DNA of 64,000 nucleotides from Bacteroidales bacterium (GCA_017380635.1 JAFODP010000004.1:22828-86827); one strand, 5' to 3'. Counted from the first letter of the stretch, positions 35,993-46,514 are shown. Notes: a model not told the origin generated them from the sequence alone. A program made the numbers and translations.

Positions 35993-36970
35993 TTATTTGC
36001 TTTTTATTCTTGATAATAATATAATGATATCTATCATCCCTAATTTTGAAAGCAAAAACAAAACCATTGTTTTTGCTTCCATACATTTCTTATCAAACCT
36101 CACCCTAAAAAGATTCTGATTATGTTTAATTTTATTCTTAATTATTTCTCTTGCTTTTTTATATGAATGATTTAACGATACTCTATAAAAAGATACCATT
36201 AATGCGGTTATCAAAAAACTATTTGATGGTAATTCAAATGATTCATACAAACCTTTACTTTCTAAAAAACACTTCATATTTAATGCAACCTGTCCCCATG
36301 GATTATCTGCACCCTTTTTGGACTGACTATATGGTTGATCCACATAATGATATACACTTTTCCCCAAAAATTCTATATTTCTTGCATAATAAAAGCATTG
36401 AAAACTAAATATAGCTTCCTCCCCTACTGCATCATGCGAATATCTGATATGATTATCAAAAATAATACTCTTTTTAAATACCTTTCGCCAACCTCCCCAT
36501 GGCAGTTTTCCTGTCATCTGGCATGCAATTATATCATTTTTTCTCAAAGATTTATATAATGATAATCTCTCTTCTTTGATAACTACTCCTTCCGGTGTTT
36601 CAAAATAATTATCTAAAACAACAATATCACAATCTGTTTCATGAATTTTTTTAACCACCAGCGACAAATAATCACTTTCTATATAATCATCTGAATCTAT
36701 AAAGGCGATATAATCGCAATCCCTATTAGTCACATATTCTATACCTTTATTCCGAGCCATCCCCGGTCCAGCGTTTTGTTGCTTTATTAAAGTAACTCTT
36801 TGATCTAATTGTGCGTATTCATTTACAATTCTATCTGTTTCATCTGTCGATCCATCGTCAACTACAACCAACTCCCAATTTGTATATGTCTGATGTAGTA
36901 TACTCTCTATGCATTTTCTTACTGTTTTTGATGCATTATACGCTGGAGAAATTATTGATATTTTTATCAT
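35993..36970 (-). CDS. Glycosyltransferase family 2
   Basis: ATG at 36970 (MIKISIISPAYNASKTVRKCIESILHQTYTNWELVVVDDGSTDET); the listed start at 36982 is TTG. DSDD motif present. Confidence 0.88.
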   Translation of the reverse strand: MIKISIISPAYNASKTVRKCIESILHQTYTNWELVVVDDGSTDETDRIVNEYAQLDQRVTLIKQQNAGPGMARNKGIEYVTNRDCDYIAFIDSDDYIESDYLSLVVKKIHETDCDIVVLDNYFETPEGVVIKEERLSLYKSLRKNDIIACQMTGKLPWGGWRKVFKKSIIFDNHIRYSHDAVGEEAIFSFQCFYYARNIEFLGKSVYHYVDQPYSQSKKGADNPWGQVALNMKCFLESKGLYESFELPSNSFLITALMVSFYRVSLNHSYKKAREIIKNKIKHNQNLFRVRFDKKCMEAKTMVLFLLSKLGMIDIIILLSRIKSK

Positions 36971-37026
36971 AATACTATACAATTGTCAATACTAATGATA
37001 CTATTAGTGCTTTATTTACTCTTAAT

Positions 37027-37824
37027 CTACTTTTGTGATATATACCATTTCATAAAACGAGCATAAGTCTTCTGGGACAAAATTTTAGACAAAAGAGACT
37101 TAACTACAACCTTAAAATAACCTTGTATAAAACTCCATGAGTAATACTTAAGACTTCTAATCTTAGATTGTTCAAGATAACTTCTATACAAGTTCCTGCT
37201 TGACATACCCTCATAAGCCTCATATACACTAATCGGCAATGACACATATTTCAATTTTCCACCTCTTTTCTGAATATCATAGAAAGAATTTGCGTCTGCA
37301 CAAATTTTGAATGTTGTATCATAATAATTCTCTCTTAGATAGTCACCATTTGTCAATGTACTCTGGTGACACAAATAGAATGGTATTAAAATATCCTCTA
37401 TGTTATTAAATTTACGAACTATCCTTTGATTTTGGCCATAGTCCATTAGCACATCTCCATAAATCAATTTACAATCAGAAGATATCTTGTTATTAAAAAT
37501 ATCTTCAAGTACAGAATCATTAACAAAGATATCGCCCGCATTCATAAAATTAATCCATTCTCCAGTTGACAAAGCTATACCCTTGTTCATCGCATCATAT
37601 ATACCCTTATCAGGTTCACTTTTAAATTTTGTTATGCGATCTTCATATTGCTGTATTATCTCTATAGTTCCATCCACACTACCACCATCAACAACAATAT
37701 ACTCAATATTATCATATGTCTGATTTAAAACGGATAGCAATGTCTGTTCTATATGAAGATGGTCATTGTAAACAACCGTAATCACAGATATTTTTGGATA
37801 ACTCATATTATTCCTGTTGTTCAT
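37027..37824 (-). CDS. Glycosyltransferase family 2
   Basis: ISVITVVYNDHLHIEQTLLSVLNQTYDNIEYIVVDGGSVDGT. An alternative ATG lies at 37806. Confidence 0.85.
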   Translation of the reverse strand: MNNRNNMSYPKISVITVVYNDHLHIEQTLLSVLNQTYDNIEYIVVDGGSVDGTIEIIQQYEDRITKFKSEPDKGIYDAMNKGIALSTGEWINFMNAGDIFVNDSVLEDIFNNKISSDCKLIYGDVLMDYGQNQRIVRKFNNIEDILIPFYLCHQSTLTNGDYLRENYYDTTFKICADANSFYDIQKRGGKLKYVSLPISVYEAYEGMSSRNLYRSYLEQSKIRSLKYYSWSFIQGYFKVVVKSLLSKILSQKTYARFMKWYISQK

Positions 37825-37871
37825 TGTGTAAATTATATCACATACATTAAAAAAACAAATTATTAAATAGT

Positions 37872-39059
37872 CTAGTTTTTTAAGCAGTCTTCGTATATTT
37901 TCTTATATTTTGCTACTATTACTTTTGGAGAGAACCTATCTTCAACATCTTTACGAATATAATCAGCATCATATACTCTCGTTAGAGCCAATTTTATGCC
38001 CTCTGCAATATCATTTGCCGAAAAACCATTACAGATAACTCCGTTCGCATCTGTTATCAATTCTTCAGTACCACTAACTGGTGTTACTATGGCAGGTTTA
38101 CCACATGCCATTGCTTCAATTGGTGCTTGCGAAAAAGCTTCTTTTAATGATGGCATAACAAAATAGTCAGAGGCAGAAAGATAACGTGACAAAATCGTGG
38201 AATCTCTAATAATGCCTGGTGTAATTACATTCGAATGTTCCTTAAAATAGGCATTATTCCCAATAGCTATAATTCTTATTTTATCATTGTCTATTATCTT
38301 TACGGCTTCAATTAATGTATCCAACCGTTTACGACTATCTGCAATATTTGCCGCCAAGAAAGACAAATAAATTTCTTTTCCACCAAGTCCTAATAAATCC
38401 CTAGATTCATTTCTGTCGAAAGCCGTAAATTTAGAACAATCAACACTATTAGATATAACTGAGAAATCGTGCCCAGCAAGAATTTTTGAATCTCCGAAAT
38501 TTCGTTTAAAATACTCTGAAAGAAGCACGAAATGCAATTTGTATGCTTTTTGAGTCATTTTCAACTTCAAATTTACATACTTCTGCTCTATCGAATTATG
38601 ATGAAGAATCTTATCCTGATAATGCCTTATTCCATAAAACATACCCTCATCATGTAAGGTCCATACTATAGGTTTTTTAACTCTCTGTAAAAATTTATTT
38701 TGATCAAAAAAATCATCAACCCAATGAAAATGGATAACATCGGCTTCTTTTACTAACGGATGTTTTGATAAATCAAACGGCGTCACAGGCCGAGTAAACG
38801 GAATATTATACCGAGCCGACATTTGAACTAATTTATCATATTCAAAGACATATAGGCCCAGTTTGCGCATCATAAAATGAAAGAGTCTTAGGAAATAGTT
38901 CCTTCTTTTAAAAACTCTAATCACAGACTCATCTGATTGCGATTTATAGAGCACAAGCATCTTACTATCTATACCATCAATATTTAATGCCTTATTAATC
39001 CTATACGCACACAATCCTGCTCCAGACGAATCGCTTGTACTTATATGTAATATTTTCAT
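37872..39059 (-). CDS. Glycosyltransferase family 4 (GT-B, GT1 clan)
   Basis: MKILHISTSDSSGAGL N-terminus. C-terminal E-x7-E region: PSLKEAFSQAPIEAMACGKPAIVTPVSGTEELI. Confidence 0.85.
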   Translation of the reverse strand: MKILHISTSDSSGAGLCAYRINKALNIDGIDSKMLVLYKSQSDESVIRVFKRRNYFLRLFHFMMRKLGLYVFEYDKLVQMSARYNIPFTRPVTPFDLSKHPLVKEADVIHFHWVDDFFDQNKFLQRVKKPIVWTLHDEGMFYGIRHYQDKILHHNSIEQKYVNLKLKMTQKAYKLHFVLLSEYFKRNFGDSKILAGHDFSVISNSVDCSKFTAFDRNESRDLLGLGGKEIYLSFLAANIADSRKRLDTLIEAVKIIDNDKIRIIAIGNNAYFKEHSNVITPGIIRDSTILSRYLSASDYFVMPSLKEAFSQAPIEAMACGKPAIVTPVSGTEELITDANGVICNGFSANDIAEGIKLALTRVYDADYIRKDVEDRFSPKVIVAKYKKIYEDCLKN

Positions 39060-39985
39060 TTGTTTATAAGACGTTTATAAAACCAACGTATACGCATCTT
39101 CCATAATTGCAGTGTCGAAGTGAAATTGCAAGAAAACTCCTTTCTTATGGTTCTATTGACCGTTACCATCTCAAAATTACATTCAATAGGGTCTTTTATC
39201 AATGTAGTATTGTATCTCGTCTCTTTTTTAGTAAAATTAGTACCACTTCCATCTGTACCCGTATTAAGAATTCTTGATTCAACCGGATAAATCGTATATT
39301 TATTTTGAAGAAAGGCCGCATAACACCAACGAATAGCCCACGACTTTATTTCGCCAAACATATATGCGTCCAACATAGTTGGCAAATCTTTTCCCCATTT
39401 CGAAAAAAGATATCGCTGTTTTATACTGTGCTTAAATTTACGATATCCATGAACGTCCCAATCAATTGTATTCCATCGGTCTAACCAAGTCGCCCAACCC
39501 CAACTACATGCTCTTCCAGAGATATAAACATCATGCTTATAACTCTTCAATGCATTCATCGGAAAAGTGTATGCACTAACTGACCATATAGAGGATTTAT
39601 CTTTGTAATAGTTCAATGCCCCATTCATATATCTTAGAAAATCACTAGCCACAACTAAGTCATCTTCTAATACGATTACAGAACCATATCTACTAATAAC
39701 CTCAGAAACACCATCAATTATAGATTTTGCAAGTCCTTTATTTTCTGCAGAATAAATAATATTGGTTTCTCTAAATCGAGTTTCTTGTTTAAATCTTTCA
39801 AGAAGTGTTCTTACAGCAAGAACAGATTCTTTTGACATGTCATTATCTTCCTTATATCCATCCGAATATATAAAAAGATCCGTGTATGAAGTTTCATTTA
39901 GATTATTAATACTATTTAAAACTTCTGCTGTTTTATCAGGTCTATTGTAAACAAACAAAAGAACTGGAGAGAAATTACCTTCCAC
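39056..39985 (-). CDS. Putative GT-A fold glycosyltransferase (GnT-I-like)
   Basis: VLLFVYNRPDKTAEVLNSI ... VIVLEDDLVV (EDD motif). The start appears to be GTG at 39985, overlapping the upstream stop by 11 nt. The 3' end overlaps the next ATG by 4 nt. Confidence 0.6.
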   Translation of the reverse strand: MEGNFSPVLLFVYNRPDKTAEVLNSINNLNETSYTDLFIYSDGYKEDNDMSKESVLAVRTLLERFKQETRFRETNIIYSAENKGLAKSIIDGVSEVISRYGSVIVLEDDLVVASDFLRYMNGALNYYKDKSSIWSVSAYTFPMNALKSYKHDVYISGRACSWGWATWLDRWNTIDWDVHGYRKFKHSIKQRYLFSKWGKDLPTMLDAYMFGEIKSWAIRWCYAAFLQNKYTIYPVESRILNTGTDGSGTNFTKKETRYNTTLIKDPIECNFEMVTVNRTIRKEFSCNFTSTLQLWKMRIRWFYKRLINK

Positions 39986-41012
39986 CTGTTAATAGTTTAA
40001 AAATTAATGGTAAATATTTCTTTATCCCCATAGAGACCAAAGAGGAGCTTACATAAATCACAATAGGAACACTAAAAAATACAAATAATGTATATACTAT
40101 GTTAGTTGAAGGAATACCTATTTGAGATTCAAAAATAGTAGCGGAAACCAATGATATAACCATAATATGAGATGCATATACCATAAATGTATGTTTCTCT
40201 ATCTCATGAACTTTATATTTAGTAAAATTTATTATGTCCAATGAGAAAAACAGACATATTGGAGAGAACAACTCATATAACAAATACGGAAACAGATTCC
40301 TTGCGGATACAAAATCTAGTGTTGGGTCAAAACACACTATCCTCATAATTTGAAGAGAAACAAACAAAAATGCAGCTACTCTAGCGATTTTCGGGGAGAC
40401 AGGCGAAGATAATAAACCCTTGTAATGACATGCAAGAAATGCACCGAGAAAATAATAAATAAAGCCCCATGAAAATATATCAAAGCAATGAATAATAGAA
40501 AGAACAATAATTATAATTATTGATATGTATTTTTTGTTTAGAATACACCAAATAATCGGAGAAAGTATTGATAGAATAATCAGATAGAATATATACCAAA
40601 ATGTGTACATAAACCTATAGTGAAAGATGCCATCTAATATCACATTTAAAGAAACACTTGGGCACTCTCCATTTAACAAATCCAAACTAAAATAAAACAG
40701 CATCCCTATTATATTCCAAACAAGATAAGGAATACCTAAAGAGAATAATTTCTTTTTAGCTAGCACAATGCAATCACTTATATTGTCAATTTTGTAAAAT
40801 GACAATATAGCTGATATAAAAAAAAATAGCGGAACTGCATTCCTAGAAACACATTGCCCCATATAATCAATAACTCGGAGCTGCATACTTTCAGTCACAT
40901 TATTCACAAAAGATGTCGAGTAATGAATATATACAACCATCAATGTTAATAGAGGCATTAAATGACTGATTTTTCTACTCAAAAAAACAGATACACCTTC
41001 TTTATTTGACAT
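39975..41012 (-). CDS. Acyltransferase family 3 membrane O-acyltransferase
   Basis: Roughly 10 predicted TM helices. The N-terminal LSRKISHLMPLLTLMVVYIHY pattern fits the family, and it sits in a CPS locus. Confidence 0.65.
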   Translation of the reverse strand: MSNKEGVSVFLSRKISHLMPLLTLMVVYIHYSTSFVNNVTESMQLRVIDYMGQCVSRNAVPLFFFISAILSFYKIDNISDCIVLAKKKLFSLGIPYLVWNIIGMLFYFSLDLLNGECPSVSLNVILDGIFHYRFMYTFWYIFYLIILSILSPIIWCILNKKYISIIIIIVLSIIHCFDIFSWGFIYYFLGAFLACHYKGLLSSPVSPKIARVAAFLFVSLQIMRIVCFDPTLDFVSARNLFPYLLYELFSPICLFFSLDIINFTKYKVHEIEKHTFMVYASHIMVISLVSATIFESQIGIPSTNIVYTLFVFFSVPIVIYVSSSLVSMGIKKYLPLIFKLLTGGR

Positions 41013-41073
41013 ATATTAATAGTTTAAATTCTATTCTTTTAAAGCTGAATCCTCTATAAATGAAAAATAAATT

Positions 41074-42303
41074 TCAAATATTTATATTTTCTTGTAGCAG
41101 AGTCCTTCGATCTGCTGATTTTATGAGAATGGGGCCAAAGAAGAAAAACATAAAACCAAGAGCCATAAACGTATCAAAACGATTTATGAACATAAAAACA
41201 ATCATTACAATATAATATAGTTTGTAATATTTTTTCATTAGATTTATTCTTATTCCATTCATTACAAATTTATAAAGATATTTTAAAAACATAACATATA
41301 CATATGCAAAAAGACCATATTTTTCCAAGAAATCCAATAATTGTGAATGTCCAGCTCGCCTATATTCACTACTAACATGACCAAATAATTGTCCACAAAT
41401 TGGGCTATCAAGCCAATTTAATATTGCATTATAATATATATGTATGCGGCTATTGTATTTATCTCCTGCCGAATATGTTCCAGATAGAAGTTCCTCTGCA
41501 TGCTTTGATAGTGCTGTTATATCATATTGTTCTCCAACACTCACTAGAATATCAAGAAAAACAAATCTAAGCAAGAATAGACATAGAAATAAGGTAAAAA
41601 TAGTAGTAATTTTGATTTTTTCAGGATTCACAAATAAGAGTATTAACATTGTACACACTAACAATATCCCAATCATGTACGCACCCAATACAATAGTTAT
41701 AAAAAACAAAACAATTGATGTTATATAAAATATCTTGATAAAAAATGATGACTTTTTAGAAATGAGACCTAATGGCAAGATAGCAAAGACCAACGAATAG
41801 ATATAACCATATCCACCAATATTCAACTCTCTATATAGACTACGCGTTTCAGTATAATAATCATCTCCTGTACTCGCCAATAAGCGTGATGCTGATGGAT
41901 ATTCAATATTACCTATTATAGTATATATAGCACTAATAATCATCAATATTACTATTATTGGTATTAATTCCTCAACAAGCTTCATATGATACGTATAAAA
42001 AATCAGTACGATAATCCATACAAAAGTTGGCATTTTATTAATCCCTAATAGCGTTGCAGTAGTGTCATGATGAAATGTCCCTAGTATATAATCAAGGAGA
42101 ACAATAAGGCATAACAGAAACAATGGATTAATAGCCATTTTTACCCAATGTTTGTCTATTACCAATGATGAAACAAGCCATATACAAAAGATACTTAAAA
42201 TAATTATCATTTGTTGATAAGAATACAGCGGTGTAAAAATAGCTATTGCAACAAACAACAACAACAAACACTGATTTACTCTATGTAGAAATGATATTTT
42301 CAT
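41074..42303 (-). CDS. wzy: O-antigen/capsule repeat-unit polymerase (Wzy-like, O-antigen ligase-like membrane protein)
   Basis: 409-aa polytopic membrane protein with a large loop near residue 270-330, very AT-rich, adjacent to wzx. No sequence motif verification is possible by eye. Confidence 0.6.
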   Translation of the reverse strand: MKISFLHRVNQCLLLLFVAIAIFTPLYSYQQMIIILSIFCIWLVSSLVIDKHWVKMAINPLFLLCLIVLLDYILGTFHHDTTATLLGINKMPTFVWIIVLIFYTYHMKLVEELIPIIVILMIISAIYTIIGNIEYPSASRLLASTGDDYYTETRSLYRELNIGGYGYIYSLVFAILPLGLISKKSSFFIKIFYITSIVLFFITIVLGAYMIGILLVCTMLILLFVNPEKIKITTIFTLFLCLFLLRFVFLDILVSVGEQYDITALSKHAEELLSGTYSAGDKYNSRIHIYYNAILNWLDSPICGQLFGHVSSEYRRAGHSQLLDFLEKYGLFAYVYVMFLKYLYKFVMNGIRINLMKKYYKLYYIVMIVFMFINRFDTFMALGFMFFFFGPILIKSADRRTLLQENINI

Positions 42304-43811
42304 CTTTTTAATCTTAATACCGCGCGCTCCGCTAAAGCAACAATAAACAATCGTTCCTTTTTAGTTAAGCCTGTAAAGAATACAATAACAGGAAAGGTAA
42401 TAACCGATAAACAGATACAAAATAAATCCCCAAAGAAAAAGGGCAATACAAATACAGGACATGCTAAAATAGTCACAAGCAGTGACGGATAATACGAGCC
42501 CTTAATCAATATCTTATTATCAAAATCATGATCAATACGAAGTATTATTTGTCTTACCACAACTGCAATAATGGAAAAAATAATATATACAAGCAACAAT
42601 GAATATGCTTGTGCACCCATTTTTAAGACAGCGTATCCTACAACAATAGAACATAATAAGACTGTATTAGTAATTACCTGGTATTTCTTAATATTTCCAC
42701 TTGCAAAAACATACTCTGCTATGCCTAAATTAAAAGAATCTATCAACGAATTAACCACCATTAATCTAACAAATAAAACAGAATATGGAGGAACTTCTCC
42801 TAACCATAATGTTAATAGATATTCCGGACATAATAATAGTGGTAGAGAAATCCAAAACATAAACATATACGATAACTTTGACGTCATGGCCATAAGTGTA
42901 TGGCATCTTTTCATATCGCCCTTGGAATAATTCTTTGTTATTTGAGGAGCAATTGGCTTTGAAATATTTTGAACAAACATCAAGATAAAAGAATGGAGTT
43001 GATTAGCTATTCCCAATGCTGTATTCATTATTGTATTAAAAAATGCATTTACTAATAGTGCAGCACCTTGAGACTTCCCAACTTGCACTATTGCCCCATA
43101 CCCTACCCATATAGAAAATCCTAATACTTCACGATATAGACTCCAATCTGTTACAATTTTTGGCGTAATTATGTCTTTAAATTTAAATCTACAATATAAA
43201 AAGTATATCACTGCCGGCATAACTATCGAAAATGCTGATATAAGAGCATAGGCAATCACTCGATTGGTATCTATATAAAAAAGTCCATAACAAAGCAATA
43301 ATTTAATTGGATATATAACTATATCCGATAAACAAAATACACCAAATCGTTCTTTGGCCATGAGTAACCCGTTAAAAGGAACTCCAATAAAAGACAATGC
43401 TGAAGAAACTAATGATGTATTAAAAATTTTTACAGCTATATTAATATCTCCATCATAATTCACATAATTATATACATACCAATCCCCAATTGTCAATCCA
43501 AATAATAAAACAACCACAGCACAAGCCACATGGACAATCAGACTTACATTAAAGACAATATTTACTCTATTCATATCCCCTTTTCCAATGGCTGTTGCTA
43601 TAAAACGATTCGACGTACTTAGCATCATTGTATTTATTATTGAAATAAATGTAATAATACTACCTACTACAGAATACAATCCAAAGTCAGATATACCAAG
43701 CGCTTTTAATGCAATACGCGTGATAAACATTCCACAAATAGCAGTGACACCTAATCGCAGATATAAAAAAAAAGAATTAAGTATTATTGCTTTATTAGTA
43801 TTCTCTTTCAT
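42300..43811 (-). CDS. wzx: Polysaccharide flippase (Wzx, MOP/MATE-like superfamily)
   Basis: ATG at 43811 (MKENTNKAIILNSFFLYLR...); the listed start at 43820 is TTG. About 12-14 TM helices, and an ATGA overlap with wzy. Confidence 0.75.
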   Translation of the reverse strand: MKENTNKAIILNSFFLYLRLGVTAICGMFITRIALKALGISDFGLYSVVGSIITFISIINTMMLSTSNRFIATAIGKGDMNRVNIVFNVSLIVHVACAVVVLLFGLTIGDWYVYNYVNYDGDINIAVKIFNTSLVSSALSFIGVPFNGLLMAKERFGVFCLSDIVIYPIKLLLCYGLFYIDTNRVIAYALISAFSIVMPAVIYFLYCRFKFKDIITPKIVTDWSLYREVLGFSIWVGYGAIVQVGKSQGAALLVNAFFNTIMNTALGIANQLHSFILMFVQNISKPIAPQITKNYSKGDMKRCHTLMAMTSKLSYMFMFWISLPLLLCPEYLLTLWLGEVPPYSVLFVRLMVVNSLIDSFNLGIAEYVFASGNIKKYQVITNTVLLCSIVVGYAVLKMGAQAYSLLLVYIIFSIIAVVVRQIILRIDHDFDNKILIKGSYYPSLLVTILACPVFVLPFFFGDLFCICLSVITFPVIVFFTGLTKKERLFIVALAERAVLRLKR

Positions 43812-43838
43812 CAACTGCAAAAATTCAAATCTTTATAA

Positions 43839-44774
43839 CTATTCTACCTTCGACAAATCCATCAAAGAGCCCCAGCGAAGCATTCTATCATACTGATAGA
43901 CACTACTAGCAGAGTTTAAACCCGATGGCGTAAAAGTAAATTCACCAAAATACAGTTGCCCCTTAACCTCATAAAAATCTAATCGAACAAACGGTATTTG
44001 TTCTGCTAATATTCTACAAATTTCTATCATTTGTAACAAACACTTAGGACGAGGTATCATGGGACCCTGATTATCAAATCTATGTAATTTTGTATTTTCA
44101 ATACAATTCCAATCCATATCATATAAACAATACTCAACGTTATGACTACCAAGTTCTCTATTGAAAAACACAGCACACGCTTCTGGTTTTCCATGGAACA
44201 CATAAAACTTATAATCTATAAGCGAAGTAGAAAAACCCGAATCTTCCTCCAATAACTCTTCTGCTATAATACATGGCTTTATTTTTAGATAGTGATATTC
44301 TCCAGCTTCATACCCATACGGCGTGTGCAAGTATTGATTAAACTTTTCTTTAATACTCCTTTGATCAATTAGCGACTTATCTTTCACTACCATAATTTCT
44401 CCACAGCCATGATTGGTTTTAAGAACAAATTTATTAGGCAACTTAGAGAAATCTATATCATCAGCATTTGTCCATCTCCCATATAGTTTAACCAAAATTG
44501 TTGACAATCCTTTTTCTTCTATATATTCGCGAACAGCATACTTATCCGCAAGTATCGGCCACATATACTGAGCCATCTTTGAATTAAACTGAATCCATCT
44601 TTGTTTTTCATTCATTTCTTTTGGATTATTCCAATTCATAGGTCGGCCAAACGACAATTTATAAAGGACCTCAACCCATTTCTTAGGATTGTTATGCATA
44701 AGGTACTGCCAATAACGCCTACGTAACAAAACAAATGGATAAAGAATTATCCTAAACACATTCTTAATCTTCAT
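43839..44774 (-). CDS. ATP-grasp fold amidoligase family protein (TupA-like)
   Basis: KYAVREYIEEKGLSTILVKLYGRWTNADDIDFSKLPNKFVLKTNHGCG and VRLDFYEVKGQLYFGEFTFTP are typical of the TupA-like ATP-grasp proteins seen in CPS loci. Confidence 0.75.
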   Translation of the reverse strand: MKIKNVFRIILYPFVLLRRRYWQYLMHNNPKKWVEVLYKLSFGRPMNWNNPKEMNEKQRWIQFNSKMAQYMWPILADKYAVREYIEEKGLSTILVKLYGRWTNADDIDFSKLPNKFVLKTNHGCGEIMVVKDKSLIDQRSIKEKFNQYLHTPYGYEAGEYHYLKIKPCIIAEELLEEDSGFSTSLIDYKFYVFHGKPEACAVFFNRELGSHNVEYCLYDMDWNCIENTKLHRFDNQGPMIPRPKCLLQMIEICRILAEQIPFVRLDFYEVKGQLYFGEFTFTPSGLNSASSVYQYDRMLRWGSLMDLSKVE

Positions 44775-44839
44775 TTTATATCAATTATTATCGTTCACTA
44801 AAAATCATTCTCGATAATCTGGACATCTATACTCAAATC

Positions 44840-45523
44840 CTATAACTTGTTTACCGACCTATGCATTTCATAATCGCCAATATGATCTCTGGTAAATTCA
44901 GCTTGCCATAAATAGACATCCATATTTTGAACAAAATCGCTCCACTTAACCATTGGAATATAACTGCATAACCCTCTATATACGTTATCCCCGAGGTGAC
45001 AGTCCATAGCATTCTTTTCCTTTTGATTGAACATATTCTCACTCAAAATAGTAAATAAAGCATCCGTATGGAGAAGCCTGCAACCAGAAGGACAACATGC
45101 TTTGTACTCAATCATATATGAATAACTTCCAGATTGGTCAGGAAGAACAACTGCCAATATTGCATTTGTGTGGCTGACACGACCATTGCGATTTGACTCA
45201 TAAATAGAATAGTATATCTCCCAAGGAATCCATTGAGACTTATCTAATCTATGTAGCTCTTTCATATTAGGTGATATGAGCACAATAGTAACAGATGTCG
45301 GACGAATCTTATCTTTCAGATGACTGTAGATATAATCATCAGAATAATTTGATAAATCCTCATCCCCTCCTTCACCCATATATGTATGACCATTCTCATC
45401 AAGTTTCATAGCAAGTTCATCGACATAATCCCTTACTTTAGTCTGTTCATACCATGGAGTGCGCGCTAAACGTTGAACACTAGTATCAGCATACTTATAT
45501 GATACGAAAACATTTCTACCCAT
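44840..45523 (-). CDS. TIR-like domain protein (DUF1863 / ThsB-like)
   Basis: The N-terminal strand NVFVSYKYAD, then VTIVLISPNM and SQWIPWEIYYSI (candidate catalytic Glu102), fit the MTH538/ThsB-type TIR-like pattern. A Cys-rich C-terminal extension (CCPSGC) follows. No signal peptide. Confidence 0.6.
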   Translation of the reverse strand: MGRNVFVSYKYADTSVQRLARTPWYEQTKVRDYVDELAMKLDENGHTYMGEGGDEDLSNYSDDYIYSHLKDKIRPTSVTIVLISPNMKELHRLDKSQWIPWEIYYSIYESNRNGRVSHTNAILAVVLPDQSGSYSYMIEYKACCPSGCRLLHTDALFTILSENMFNQKEKNAMDCHLGDNVYRGLCSYIPMVKWSDFVQNMDVYLWQAEFTRDHIGDYEMHRSVNKL

Positions 45524-45534
45524 AAGTTAACGAA

Positions 45535-46044
45535 TCAACAATTACAACATATAAAAAGCCATCCATTAGTAATGATTGTGATGAAAACTATTATAACAAG
45601 CATAAAAACATACGTCGGCCATACAGATTTATTAAATAGCATGCAACCAGTCTTTACATAGCCGAGTTTTTTCACTTCGGCATTTTTATTCAAAGTTTTG
45701 AAAACAAAAATTGCATCTTCTTTTGTCTTTATAGTAGAATCATCTTCATCACAGAGTTCAATATTTTTCAAAATATTAATAAATCTCTGTTCACGATTAC
45801 GAAGTCCCCTTTCTATATTTAAATAATATGCATCTATATTCCAAAATACCAATATTGGGATAACTGCCAACAATACCCAAGAACCCAAATCTGCGATATT
45901 GAACGCAATAGCTAATAAAGCTGCGACAATTGTAATCAACCAAGTCTTTGCATTGGCACTATTGGTGGCCATACGAGCAATATTGTCCTGCATCATCTGG
46001 AGATACAAGCGATCATCTTCTGAACAATTAATTTCCCCCATCAT
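45535..46044 (-). CDS. Small 3-TM membrane protein (2-TM hairpin + C-terminal TM; SLATT-like topology)
   Basis: An N-terminal amphipathic helix (DRLYLQMMQDNIARMATNS) is followed by two adjacent TM helices (WLITIVAALLAIAFNI and WVLLAVIPILVFWNI), then YYLNIERGLRNREQRF, a charged linker, and a final TM helix (YVFMLVIIVFITIITNGWLFI). It lies 11 nt upstream of the TIR-like gene. Confidence 0.5.
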   Translation of the reverse strand: MMGEINCSEDDRLYLQMMQDNIARMATNSANAKTWLITIVAALLAIAFNIADLGSWVLLAVIPILVFWNIDAYYLNIERGLRNREQRFINILKNIELCDEDDSTIKTKEDAIFVFKTLNKNAEVKKLGYVKTGCMLFNKSVWPTYVFMLVIIVFITIITNGWLFICCNC

Positions 46045-46074
46045 AATTATATATACAACTTTATAATACTTATT

Positions 46075-46503
46075 CTACAACAACTTACTATACTTTCTTT
46101 TTATCAACACCGACTGCTTCAGGCAGGCTTTGAGTCGAGAGAACAAGTCATTATGTATGGTGCCTAAATTTTCTACCGAGGAATCCATGTTTTCAAGATG
46201 CCTTAGCGAATATTCATCCACCTGTTCGCCATACACGAATGTTGGTAAAGGAAAAGCAAAGTGTTCGGTAACTGATTCTTTCGGCATAAAGACAAAAGCA
46301 TTGACAGCGCGCTCAGGAAGGTTGATACAGCCCGATTGTATCGCCACATCCGACGGAATACGATCTTTTGACGTTGGCAATGAGGCCATCAATATTTGTT
46401 CTTCTATATGCTTCAATACTATAAAATACTTTTTCTTGGGAGCCGCACCGCTTTTGAAAAAGAATGGTGTAAAGCTCAGTAATTGACCTTCGGTGTAATT
46501 CAT
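46075..46503 (-). CDS. Hypothetical 142-aa protein, candidate toxin partner of the Panacea-domain protein
   Basis: It lies 11 nt downstream of the DUF4065-like gene. It has no TM helices or known motif. KKKYFIVLKHIEEQILMASLPTSKD is faintly reminiscent of the MazF/PemK SH3-like core; this is speculative. Confidence 0.4.
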   Translation of the reverse strand: MNYTEGQLLSFTPFFFKSGAAPKKKYFIVLKHIEEQILMASLPTSKDRIPSDVAIQSGCINLPERAVNAFVFMPKESVTEHFAFPLPTFVYGEQVDEYSLRHLENMDSSVENLGTIHNDLFSRLKACLKQSVLIKRKYSKLL

Positions 46504-46514
46504 GGTGGACGATT

